Of a DNA stretch of 32,000 nucleotides, positions 18,190 to 25,890 are shown piece after piece (position 1 is the first letter of the stretch; each line of letters starts with the position of its first letter). The position numbers were made by a program, and so were the translations under genes. Source of the stretch: Nostocales cyanobacterium LEGE 11386 (GTDB lineage: Bacteria > Cyanobacteriota > Cyanobacteriia > Cyanobacteriales > Nostocaceae); assembly GCA_015207155.1 (NCBI GenBank), contig JADEXK010000054.1, forward strand, positions 10,527 to 42,526, in the 5' to 3' direction. The notes under the pieces are model-generated. The model did no database searches. It was given only the letters and a program-made list of their open reading frames with translations, and was not told the DNA's origin.

Positions 18190-18393
18190 AACTTATTTCT
18201 CCAAAATATCTTCTATTAAGCGGTTACTCACAGTTCTTTTTTTTTATAAAATAGCTATTTTTACCGTATCTATTTAAATTGTAAACTCACAGGCGATTGC
18301 GTAAAACCCACGCTGCGCGAACGCATTTGTTCTACTACATATCGTCTGAAATATTATTGTTGCTTAATTCAAACACAAATATGCTCATTTCTC

Positions 18394-18440
18394 ACTCTCT
18401 GCGCCTTTGCGCCTTTGCGTGAGATACATTCATCAAATTT
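18394..18440 (+). repeat. Dispersed CTCTGCG-type repeat copy, with the detached second half at 18275-18300
   Basis: actctctgcgcctttgcgcctttgcgtgagatacattcatcaaattt. Confidence 0.75.
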
Positions 18441-18481
18441 TTGTTACGATAAATCTAATGTTGAGCATTGTGAGAAGGGCT

Positions 18482-18712
18482 ATGCGGTCAATTGAGCAAC
18501 TGACAGAAGAAATATTGTCCTTGCCTAGTGCATCGAGAGCTATTCTTGCAGAAAAACTGGTAGAAAGCTTAGAATTCGACACTGATTCAGTAATTCAGTC
18601 AGTTTGGGTAACAGAAGCTAAAAGAAGAAGAGACGAAGTTCAACATGGTTCTGTACAACTGATTCCAGGAGAAGAAGCCCTAGCTCAAGTTAGACAACTG
18701 ATCGAGCCATGA
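18482..18712 (+). CDS. Putative addiction-module antitoxin component (TIGR02574-like)
   Basis: MRSIEQLTEEILSLPSASRAILAEKLVESLE...W.TEAKRRRDEV. Its stop overlaps the ATG of the downstream toxin frame (ATGA at 18709-18712). ATG 18482 is preferred over the track start inside a repeat. Confidence 0.65.
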   Translation: MRSIEQLTEEILSLPSASRAILAEKLVESLEFDTDSVIQSVWVTEAKRRRDEVQHGSVQLIPGEEALAQVRQLIEP

Positions 18713-18999
18713 GGTATGTATTTCACCCTGAAGCACTGAATGAATATTCTGAGGCAGTTAAATACTATACAGAGCAACGGGTTGAAATTGCCCAAGCATT
18801 TATAAATGCGATTGAGGATACCGTCTATAGAATCAGAGAATCTCCGACTCGCTACGCTGTAATTGATGATGAAGTTCGGTGATGTATGACAAAGAAATTT
18901 CCTTATGGAATTCTCTACACAATTGAGCAAGACTACATTCTCATTTTGGCGATTATGCACTGTAGCCGAGAGCCTGGATACTGGAAAGATCGTAAATAG
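18709..18999 (+). pseudogene. ParE/RelE-family toxin interrupted by an in-frame TGA (18880-18882)
   Basis: Hand translation gives MRYVFHPEALNEYSEAVKYY...AVIDDEVR-TGA-CMTKKFPYGILYTIEQDYILILAIMHCSREPGYWKDRK-TAG, all in the same frame throughout. Neither half appears in the ORF track because each is under 60 aa. Confidence 0.7.
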
Positions 19000-19031
19000 T
19001 AGTAGTTTTTGATACGAATACCCTCTTTTCC

Positions 19032-19065
19032 TACTCTCTGCGCCTCTGCGTCTCTGCGTGAGATA
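19032..19065 (+). repeat. Dispersed CTCTGCG-type repeat copy
   Basis: tactctctgcgcctctgcgtctctgcgtgagata. Confidence 0.75.
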
Positions 19066-19172
19066 AAAACCATATCCTTAATCAACAAAACTCAATATCC
19101 CTCCTGCTTACTGCCTTTTACAAACCTGCTAGACTAAAAACCATAAGTATAAACTCGTATGATTGCTAACTT

Positions 19173-19598
19173 ATGGAACCAGTAACACTAACGGCCGTAG
19201 CAACAGCGATCGCTACAATAGTTTTAACTAAAGCCTTAGAAAAAACAGGCGAAAAGCTGGGAGAAACTGCAATACAAAAAAGTAACGAGTTAATCGCACA
19301 ACTACAAAAGAAAAATAAACTTCCTTTATTAGCAGATGGAAATCCCCAGCCACCGTTAGATTACGGTCAAGCAGTATTGGAATTGAAAGCCGCAGCCGAT
19401 ACAGATACCGAAATTGCTCAGTCAGTGCTAGAAGTGGAAGCAGCCGCCAACGCTGACCCCCAAGTAGCGCCAAAAGTCCAAAAGTTAGCAGAAGACATTA
19501 ACTCACAATCAGCAAGTGTCATTAATTCCACAAAGTTAGCTGAATATATTAAAAACGTCTTTCAGGGAAATACTTTCATTGGTACTCAGAATTTCTGA
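19173..19598 (+). CDS. Alpha-helical N-terminal module (hydrophobic first helix, Ala/Glu-rich, G/N/Q-rich C-terminus), in frame with the downstream NB-ARC gene
   Basis: MEPVTLTAVATAIATIVLTKALEKTGEKLGE...NVFQGNTFIGTQNF-TGA. It is in the same reading frame as 19722-22241. Confidence 0.55.
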   Translation: MEPVTLTAVATAIATIVLTKALEKTGEKLGETAIQKSNELIAQLQKKNKLPLLADGNPQPPLDYGQAVLELKAAADTDTEIAQSVLEVEAAANADPQVAPKVQKLAEDINSQSASVINSTKLAEYIKNVFQGNTFIGTQNF

Positions 19599-19721
19599 CT
19601 GTACTCGCCCGAACCGGAACGGGTAAAGTTAAATCCCAATGAAACACAGCAAAATTTACCCCTGAGTGGGGTAGTAAAATTTGTCGGACGTGAAAACGAA
19701 CTGCAAAACCTCCATCAACTT

Positions 19722-22241
19722 TTGCAGGAAAATAACCAATTAGCCATTGCAGCTATTTTGGGAATGGGTGGACTGGGTAAAACAGAACTCGCCTTGCAAT
19801 ATGCCATGACTCAGCGCGAAAACTACAAAGGTGGACTGTGCTGGTTACAGGCGAAAGCTGAGGATTTTGGCGTTCAAGTGGTGCGGTTTGCCAGAACTCA
19901 GCTTGATTTAAAGCCACCAGAAGAATTTGATTTACCTGAACAAGTACAATACTGCTGGCGGAATTGGCGTGAGGGTAATGTGCTGCTGGTGGTGGATGAT
20001 GTTACAGATTACCAGCAAATCAGACCTTACCTACAGGGCGCATCTTCCAGATTTAAAGTATTGATGACTACGCGCCAAAAGTTGGGTGCAGCCATTAAGC
20101 AATTATCTTTAGATGTATTACAACCAGATGCAGCGTTAGATTTGTTACGGTCTTTGCTGACAGAAACACCAAAGCGAATTGAGCAAGAATTAGAAGTAGC
20201 AAATCAGTTGTGTGAATGGCTAGGATATTTACCATTGGGTTTAGAGTTGGTGGGGCGATATCTGGCGCGAAAACCGGATTTATCCTTATCAGCAATGATG
20301 CAGCGCTTGGAGAAAAAGCGATTAGAACAACCTGCACTTGTCAAGCCAGAAGCCGATATGACAGCACAAAGGGGAGTGCAAGCCGCTTTTGAGTTGAGTT
20401 GGCAAGAATTAGCAGAGGATGACAGGTTACTAGGTTGTATTCTCAGTTTATTTGCAGCCGCACCTATACCTTGGAACTTAGTAGAAAAGTGTTTACCGGA
20501 GAAAGATGAAGATGAGTTAGAGGAAATTCGAGACGATAAGTTAATGAATCTGCATTTACTCCAGCGTAAAGGTAAGGGAATTTATCAACTACATCCACTG
20601 CTGCGGGAGTTTTTTCAATATAAGCTTACAGGTTTAGAGCAAGCGGAGGAATTTAGGCGATCGTTTTGCGGTGTAATGGTAGAGGTTGCCAAAAAAATTC
20701 CTCGTACTCTTACACTTGAGAAAATTAACGCTGTTTTCCTTGTCATATCTCACATAGCTCAAGTAGCAAGACATCTCATTCCACACGTCATTGATGAAGA
20801 CTTAATTTGGCCTTTCATCGCCTTGGGCAAATTTTATGAAGGACAAGGTTTGTATACCTTAGCCGAACCTTGGCGTCAGCAGTGTTTATCAACAGCAAAA
20901 GACCGCTTGGGAGACAATCATCCCGATGTCGCCACTAGCCTCAACAATCTGGCAGTAATCTACTATTTACAAGGATGCTACGACTCAGCTGAATCTTTAT
21001 ACATTCAAGATTTAGAACTGAGTAAACATCTGCTAGGAGAAAATCATCCTAATGTAGCTACTAGCCTCAACAACCTGGCAGTACTTTACTATTCACAAGG
21101 ACGCTACAACCAAGCTAAACCCCTGTTTCTCCAAGCTTTAGAACTGAGTAAACAGTTGATGGGAGACAATCATCCTGATGTTGCCCAAAGCCTCAACAAC
21201 TTGGCAAATCTCTACAAATCCCAAGGATGTTACGAGCAAGCCGAACCCCTGTTTCTTCAAGCTTTAGAATTAAGAAAACGCCTGCTGGGAAACAATCATC
21301 CCGATGTTGCCCAAAGCCTCAATAACTTGGCAGAACTCTACAAATCCCAAGGAAGGTATAACCAAGCCGAATCCCTGTATCTCCAAGCTTTAGAACTGTA
21401 TAAACAGCTGCTGGGAGACAATCATCCTGATGTTGCCACTAGCCTCAACAATCTAGCAGCACTTTACTATTTACAAAGACGATACAACCAAGCCGAATCC
21501 CTGTATCTCCAAGCTTTAGAATTAAGAAAACGCCTGCTGGGAGACAATCATCCTGATGTTGCCACTAGCCTCAACAATCTAGCAGCACTTTACTATTTAC
21601 AAAGACGATACAACCAAGCCGAATCCCTGTATCTCCAAGCTTTAGAATTAAGAAAACGCCTGCTGGGAGATAATCATCCTGATGTTGCCACTAGCCTCAA
21701 CGACATGGCAGCACTTTACTCTGACCAAGGAAGGTACAACCAAGCCGAATCCCTATATCTCCAAACTTTAGAACTAAGAAAACGCCTGCTGGGAGATAAT
21801 CATCCTAATGTTGCTCAAAGCCTTAACAACCTGGCATATCTCTACAATTCCCAAGGAAGGTACGACCAAGCCGAATCCCTGTATCTCCAAGCTTTAGAAA
21901 TAATAAAATGCTTGTTGGGAGATAATCATCCTGATGTTGCCAACACCCTCAATAATCTAGCAGCACTTTACTCTGACCAAGGACGATACGACCAAGCCGA
22001 ACCCCTCTATCTCCAAGCTTTAGAACTCAGACAACGCCTGCTGGGAGAAAATCATCCCGATGTCGCCACTAGCCTCAACAACTTGGCTGGACTCTACTCT
22101 GGCCAAGGAAAGTATGAGCAAGCCGAACCCCTTTATCTCCAAGCTTTAAATATTTGTGAACATAGCTTAGGGTTAGGTCATCCTTCAACAATAATAATTC
22201 GGAGCAACTATGCAAGTTGTTTGAAACGGACATATATTTGA
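19722..22241 (+). CDS. NB-ARC (STAND) NTPase with a C-terminal TPR array, NLR-like
   Basis: Walker A GMGGLGKTELA, Walker B LLVVDDV, MTTRQ, and the GLPLA-like LGYLPLGLELV, followed by about 10.5 TPR units. Homology (KFVGRENELQNL) continues upstream in frame to the TGA at 19596 with no ATG, GTG or TTG in between. The TTG at 19722 is only the first formal start. Confidence 0.8.
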   Translation: MQENNQLAIAAILGMGGLGKTELALQYAMTQRENYKGGLCWLQAKAEDFGVQVVRFARTQLDLKPPEEFDLPEQVQYCWRNWREGNVLLVVDDVTDYQQIRPYLQGASSRFKVLMTTRQKLGAAIKQLSLDVLQPDAALDLLRSLLTETPKRIEQELEVANQLCEWLGYLPLGLELVGRYLARKPDLSLSAMMQRLEKKRLEQPALVKPEADMTAQRGVQAAFELSWQELAEDDRLLGCILSLFAAAPIPWNLVEKCLPEKDEDELEEIRDDKLMNLHLLQRKGKGIYQLHPLLREFFQYKLTGLEQAEEFRRSFCGVMVEVAKKIPRTLTLEKINAVFLVISHIAQVARHLIPHVIDEDLIWPFIALGKFYEGQGLYTLAEPWRQQCLSTAKDRLGDNHPDVATSLNNLAVIYYLQGCYDSAESLYIQDLELSKHLLGENHPNVATSLNNLAVLYYSQGRYNQAKPLFLQALELSKQLMGDNHPDVAQSLNNLANLYKSQGCYEQAEPLFLQALELRKRLLGNNHPDVAQSLNNLAELYKSQGRYNQAESLYLQALELYKQLLGDNHPDVATSLNNLAALYYLQRRYNQAESLYLQALELRKRLLGDNHPDVATSLNNLAALYYLQRRYNQAESLYLQALELRKRLLGDNHPDVATSLNDMAALYSDQGRYNQAESLYLQTLELRKRLLGDNHPNVAQSLNNLAYLYNSQGRYDQAESLYLQALEIIKCLLGDNHPDVANTLNNLAALYSDQGRYDQAEPLYLQALELRQRLLGENHPDVATSLNNLAGLYSGQGKYEQAEPLYLQALNICEHSLGLGHPSTIIIRSNYASCLKRTYI
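20907..22241 (+). repeat. Coding tandem array of about 10.5 units of 126 bp (42-aa TPR units, LGDNHPDVATSLNNLA..Y..QGRY.QAE.LYLQALEL)
   Basis: Read from the protein and DNA. Units 5 and 6 are identical at the nucleotide level (21408-21533 equals 21534-21659). Confidence 0.9.
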
Positions 22242-22652
22242 GGAGATCGCCTCAACACAACAGTAAAAGCCAAATCACCAAACTCATTCATCCAGTTTCT
22301 ACGCTCCTTGCTGTTCATAGATTAAATGAGGTATTTACCCGTGATAGTTGAGAGCGATCGCTTATTTTAAAAGAAAGTTTGATAAAAAGTTGTATGAATA
22401 GGAAACTAAATGAAGGCGATTATTTACAACTGAAAGAAAAGCTGTTTGCTCAAGAAACAGTTAATAGTTTATATGCCAAAATTCAAGATTTTCAGGATGT
22501 AAAGAGTAAACAATCCTCACAATCTAATCTATAGTCATGAATCAAAGATAATTAGACAGCGATCGCCTGTGGGAATTGAGAGATAATAATAGCGATCGCT
22601 CGACTTAAATTGTAGAATGATCACATCAATAATCAATTAATAAAAACTTACC

Positions 22653-22889
22653 ATGAATCCAGAACTGACTCAAGCGATCGCCTCGGAAATTCAGTTATTT
22701 CAGAATATTGAACAGAAAGAAAACTTTCTATTTTTACTTGGTGCTTTGCTTGCTAAAGTAATTAGCTTAAAAAAAGCGGCGGAAGTTTTGCACCTAGAAC
22801 CAGCAGAATTACTGAAAATCCTAGACCTGATGGGAATTGAGTTTTCTTATCTATGTGAAGAAGACGTTGCTTTAGAAAAAAGCTGGTAA
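22653..22889 (+). CDS. UPF0175-family putative antitoxin
   Basis: The 78-aa protein has a C-terminal HTH-like segment SLKKAAEVLHLEPAELLKILDLMGI. It is followed by a DUF3368/PIN-like N-terminal remnant. Confidence 0.55.
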   Translation: MNPELTQAIASEIQLFQNIEQKENFLFLLGALLAKVISLKKAAEVLHLEPAELLKILDLMGIEFSYLCEEDVALEKSW

Positions 22890-22893
22890 ATGA

Positions 22894-22998
22894 ATGCAGA
22901 TTATTCTTAATTCATCACCACTGATTTTTTTGTCAAAATTAAACTATTTGAATCATTTTTGTGAATATCCTGATGATTTCTATATTCCTCAATCCTAA
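22894..22998 (+). pseudogene. Truncated DUF3368-type PIN toxin remnant (34 codons)
   Basis: MQIILNSSPLIFLSKLNYLNHFCEYPDDFYIPQS-TAA matches only the N-terminal strand-helix of the roughly 150-aa PIN family that usually partners UPF0175. Confidence 0.5.
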
Positions 22999-23075
22999 TA
23001 ACTTTATTTTTGAGGTATGAAATGGAAATTAAAGTTATTACAGAATATCAAGAGGCTGAAAATATTATTTAAACT

Positions 23076-23132
23076 TCACGCAGAGACGCAAAGGCGCAGA
23101 GAAGAGGTGTATGGTAAAACACAGGCGATCGC
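23076..23132 (-). repeat. Dispersed CTCTGCG-type repeat copy, with the array part inverted
   Basis: tcacgcagagacgcaaaggcgcagagaag...aaaacacaggcgatcgc. Confidence 0.7.
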
Positions 23133-23369
23133 ATAAAACAAACGCTATGCGGTAAGCGTAGCTATGCCGTTAGGCTTATCGCTTGTGCTGTACTACTAAT
23201 TTGAGGTACTTGAAACTGATTCAAACCAAATTTAATTTTTTTGTCTTCGGGTATTGACTCTTGTATAAAATTATACTTTAATAAAAATGTACAAAGAAAG
23301 GCGATCGCCCCTCCGACCAAGAGACCGCGATCGCCTTTCACCAAAACTCCACAATGGGAGATAATTACC

Positions 23370-23657
23370 ATGATGGCACAAGTACAAAAATTTGTAGAGT
23401 ATCAAAATTTCACCCCATCAGATTTGCGCGATGCAGATTTTGAGACAGCCACTAAAAATCAATCACCTGAAAACCTCTTACCCAAAAGAGAAGCAATCAA
23501 ACATCTACTGATTGGTTCACCCAAAGCCGTCACCAGTACGATTCATTATTTACAGGTGATTGGTTACGCCAGTACCGGGGACTGGAGTCCTCTACTTCCC
23601 ACCGCTAACTCAGGTGAGGTGATGAGTATTTTAATCCGACAGATTTTAATGCAATAA
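23370..23657 (+). CDS. Small hypothetical protein
   Basis: ATG 23370 has GGGAG 10 nt upstream. The track's longer version (from 23241) begins in repeat and intergenic sequence. Confidence 0.45.
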   Translation: MMAQVQKFVEYQNFTPSDLRDADFETATKNQSPENLLPKREAIKHLLIGSPKAVTSTIHYLQVIGYASTGDWSPLLPTANSGEVMSILIRQILMQ

Positions 23658-23664
23658 CCACCAA

Positions 23665-23693
23665 GCGATCGCTCTTTGTCAGAGAGCGATCGC
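23665..23693 (+). terminator. 11-bp HIP1-containing hairpin after the small ORF, with no U-tract
   Basis: gcgatcgctct-ttgtcag-agagcgatcgc. Confidence 0.3.
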
Positions 23694-23949
23694 CTAAATG
23701 ATATAAAACCATTGATATCTCGATATTAAACCGCTTGCACAAATGCTGTAATATTGCTGAATACTACTCTTTAGAAGTTTGCAAAGTTGCAAATAAGACG
23801 GATAAAAAATAACTGTTGTAAGTTATCTATTCAGATTAACGTGAATTCGACGGAACCTAACCCCAACCCCTTCCCTTGTAGGGAAGGGGCAAAAAATATC
23901 TCATGTGGTACGAAATAATCAGCTTTTTAAGCCTCTCTCCTTGCAGGGG

Positions 23950-24114
23950 CTACCGTGTACACACAAGTATAAGCCGCAAGGGTTTCAACTCTTTTAGCCC
24001 CATAAATACCCTAATTTTGGGCAACTGGAAACTCCATTTATTCCGCTAATTTTGGCGCTAGGGCAACGAAACCAAGTTTCCGGTGGGATTTTAAGACTTG
24101 TGTGTACACCGTAG
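23950..24114. mobile_element. MITE-like element of 165 bp with 19-bp terminal inverted repeats (TIRs), flanked by an 11-bp direct duplication
   Basis: The left end is ctaccgtgtacacacaagt and the right end is acttgtgtgtacaccgtag (one mismatch). CCTTGCAGGGG occurs at 23939-23949 and again at 24115-24125. Confidence 0.7.
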
Positions 24115-24224
24115 CCTTGCAGGGGAGAGGTTTGGAGAGGGGTCATTTCCAGCTTATCGAAACTCACGTCAGATTATTAAAGATTTGTGCAAGAGGTTTA
24201 TTGAACTTAGCTAAAAAATTTGCC

Positions 24225-25235
24225 TCAATTAGCAGGAATTTGCCAAATCTTGGCAGTTTCATCAGAACTACCACTAGCTAGAGTTTGTCCATCAGGACTA
24301 AAAGCTACAGACCAAACAGCCTTGTTATGACCCTTGAGATTATCAATTAACTGTCCTGTCTGTGTATTCCATAACTTAATTGTTTGGTCATAACTACCGC
24401 TAGCTAGAGTCTTTCCATTAGGGCTGAAAGCTAGAGAATAAATTGCTCTATTATGCCCTTGCATCACACAGTGTAACTGCCCATCTTTTAAATTCCATAA
24501 CTTAATTATACGGTCAGAACCACCACTAGCTAGAGTCTGTCCATCGGGACTGAAGGCTATAGACCAAATCGGTTGGTCATGAGCTGCTAAAGGTGTTCTT
24601 AATCTACCAGTGCTTATTTGCCAAAGCATGATTTTACCACCTTCATCGCCACTAGCTAAAGTCTGTCCATCGGGGCTAATAGCTACTGTTCTCACTGGTT
24701 GTGATTGACTAAAAGTTTGTAATAGTTCACCAGTCTCTACATTCCATAAATTCACCTTTTTGTCCCAGCCAGCACTAGCAATAGTTTTACCGTCAGGGCT
24801 AAACGTGACTGCTTTAACATCATTGGTATGTCCAGATAAAGTGCGGATTAGTTCACCTGTTTTCAAATTCCATAATTTAACCTGGAAATCCCAACTACCA
24901 CTAGCTAAAGTTTGACCATCGGGGCTAATTGCAACGGATGCTACAGAGTTTCCATGTCCCCGGAGTGTGTGAATCAACTTACCAGTATTAAGATTCCAAA
25001 CCTTGATACTTTTATCATAATTTCCCGTAATAAGTTTTTGACCATCGGGACTAATTGCGACTGAATAAACCCACACAGACTGAGTATTAAAAGTGCGTGT
25101 TTGTTCATCATTTACAAGTAATTTATTTGTGGAGTTACCTAAAACTAAAGAGATACTGCTTAGTCCGAGAAGCGTGGAAAATATAACACCTACTAAGCCA
25201 GTTTTTGTTTTTCTGTTAATTAGGTTGAGTTTCAT
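24225..25235 (-). CDS. Seven-bladed WD40 repeat protein with an N-terminal signal/anchor
   Basis: Seven units of the form [VI]xSVAISPDGQTLASGSxDxxIKLWN, with hydrophobic N-terminus GLVGVIFSTLLGLSSISLVLG. ATG 25235 is preferred over TTG 25262. Confidence 0.85.
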   Translation of the reverse strand: MKLNLINRKTKTGLVGVIFSTLLGLSSISLVLGNSTNKLLVNDEQTRTFNTQSVWVYSVAISPDGQKLITGNYDKSIKVWNLNTGKLIHTLRGHGNSVASVAISPDGQTLASGSWDFQVKLWNLKTGELIRTLSGHTNDVKAVTFSPDGKTIASAGWDKKVNLWNVETGELLQTFSQSQPVRTVAISPDGQTLASGDEGGKIMLWQISTGRLRTPLAAHDQPIWSIAFSPDGQTLASGGSDRIIKLWNLKDGQLHCVMQGHNRAIYSLAFSPNGKTLASGSYDQTIKLWNTQTGQLIDNLKGHNKAVWSVAFSPDGQTLASGSSDETAKIWQIPAN

Positions 25236-25284
25236 ACTAATTGAATAACTAATTAATGGCAAGTAATAGAACTAAATATGGTAA

Positions 25285-25890
25285 TTAATCAGACATAGGT
25301 TGCATTGATTCCTGTTGCTTAATATTTGGCTTTGTTTTCATTTGCCGTTCTAGCCAGCGTCTGCGTAAGAATAAAACGATCATTGTTGCCATTCCCACAA
25401 CTACTACAGGAGTCATAAAATTCCAATGCCCAGACATTTTGTCATTAATGTGCCAAAACAATAAGAACATTGCTAAATAGGTTAGTTGATGCAACTGTCG
25501 CCAATTTTTCTTCATTTTTTTGACACACCAGTCGTTAGATGTAACTGCTAGTAGTGTGAAAATAATAAATGTTGCTGAACCATGCACATATACTCTATAG
25601 GTACTCAAATCAAAGAAATCGAAATTTCTTTTTACTATTAAAAGCCAGGCATGACCCAAACTTAAAACAAAAGCCAAGACCCCTAATTGACGACGATATT
25701 TCAATAATTGAATGGGAAGTTTAGTCTTCTTTAAAGCAGGAAAAACTACTCTTAAAGAGGTGGGAAGCAATGTTAAAATATAACTAATTACTGCCAAACA
25801 ACCTAATAAGTTAGCCATTGGCATCGGATTGTTCAGCCATGTCATGTACATCATGTAATCTCCCGTAGTTGTGACTAAAGCTTTATTCAA
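25285..25890 (-). CDS. Ferric-reductase-like transmembrane haem-b protein (MsrQ/YedZ-like)
   Basis: Six hydrophobic segments with spaced His residues (SLGHAW, VYVHGS, LHQLTY, LFWHI) and the YRRQLG motif. The start is uncertain (TTG 25890; ATG 25854). Confidence 0.5.
   Translation of the reverse strand: MNKALVTTTGDYMMYMTWLNNPMPMANLLGCLAVISYILTLLPTSLRVVFPALKKTKLPIQLLKYRRQLGVLAFVLSLGHAWLLIVKRNFDFFDLSTYRVYVHGSATFIIFTLLAVTSNDWCVKKMKKNWRQLHQLTYLAMFLLFWHINDKMSGHWNFMTPVVVVGMATMIVLFLRRRWLERQMKTKPNIKQQESMQPMSD

Noticed and set aside
18880-18882. The in-frame TGA codons (also at 19596-19598) read as selenocysteine codons.
   Set aside because: I could not find a convincing SECIS-like hairpin immediately downstream. 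Neither protein family is known to use Sec, and the ParE position corresponds to Arg in the homologues I recall. Nonsense mutation or readthrough is more plausible.
18685-18960. A 91-aa minus-strand ORF.
   Set aside because: It is antisense to the ParE/RelE-like frame, which has clear family motifs and translational coupling to the antitoxin. It is a shadow ORF that masks the real pseudogene.
20907-22241. A regular 126-bp periodicity that could be mistaken for a CRISPR or satellite array.
   Set aside because: The units are contiguous with no spacers, in frame, and encode canonical TPR helices within the NB-ARC protein. No CRISPR-like repeat-spacer structure was seen anywhere in the window.
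22394-22534. A 46-codon ORF (MNRKLNEGDYLQLKEK...) in the spacer after the NLR gene. The 39-codon ORF at about 23019 is similar.
   Set aside because: They have no ribosome-binding site or recognisable family, and they lie in AT-rich filler or run into a dispersed repeat. The evidence is insufficient to call a gene.
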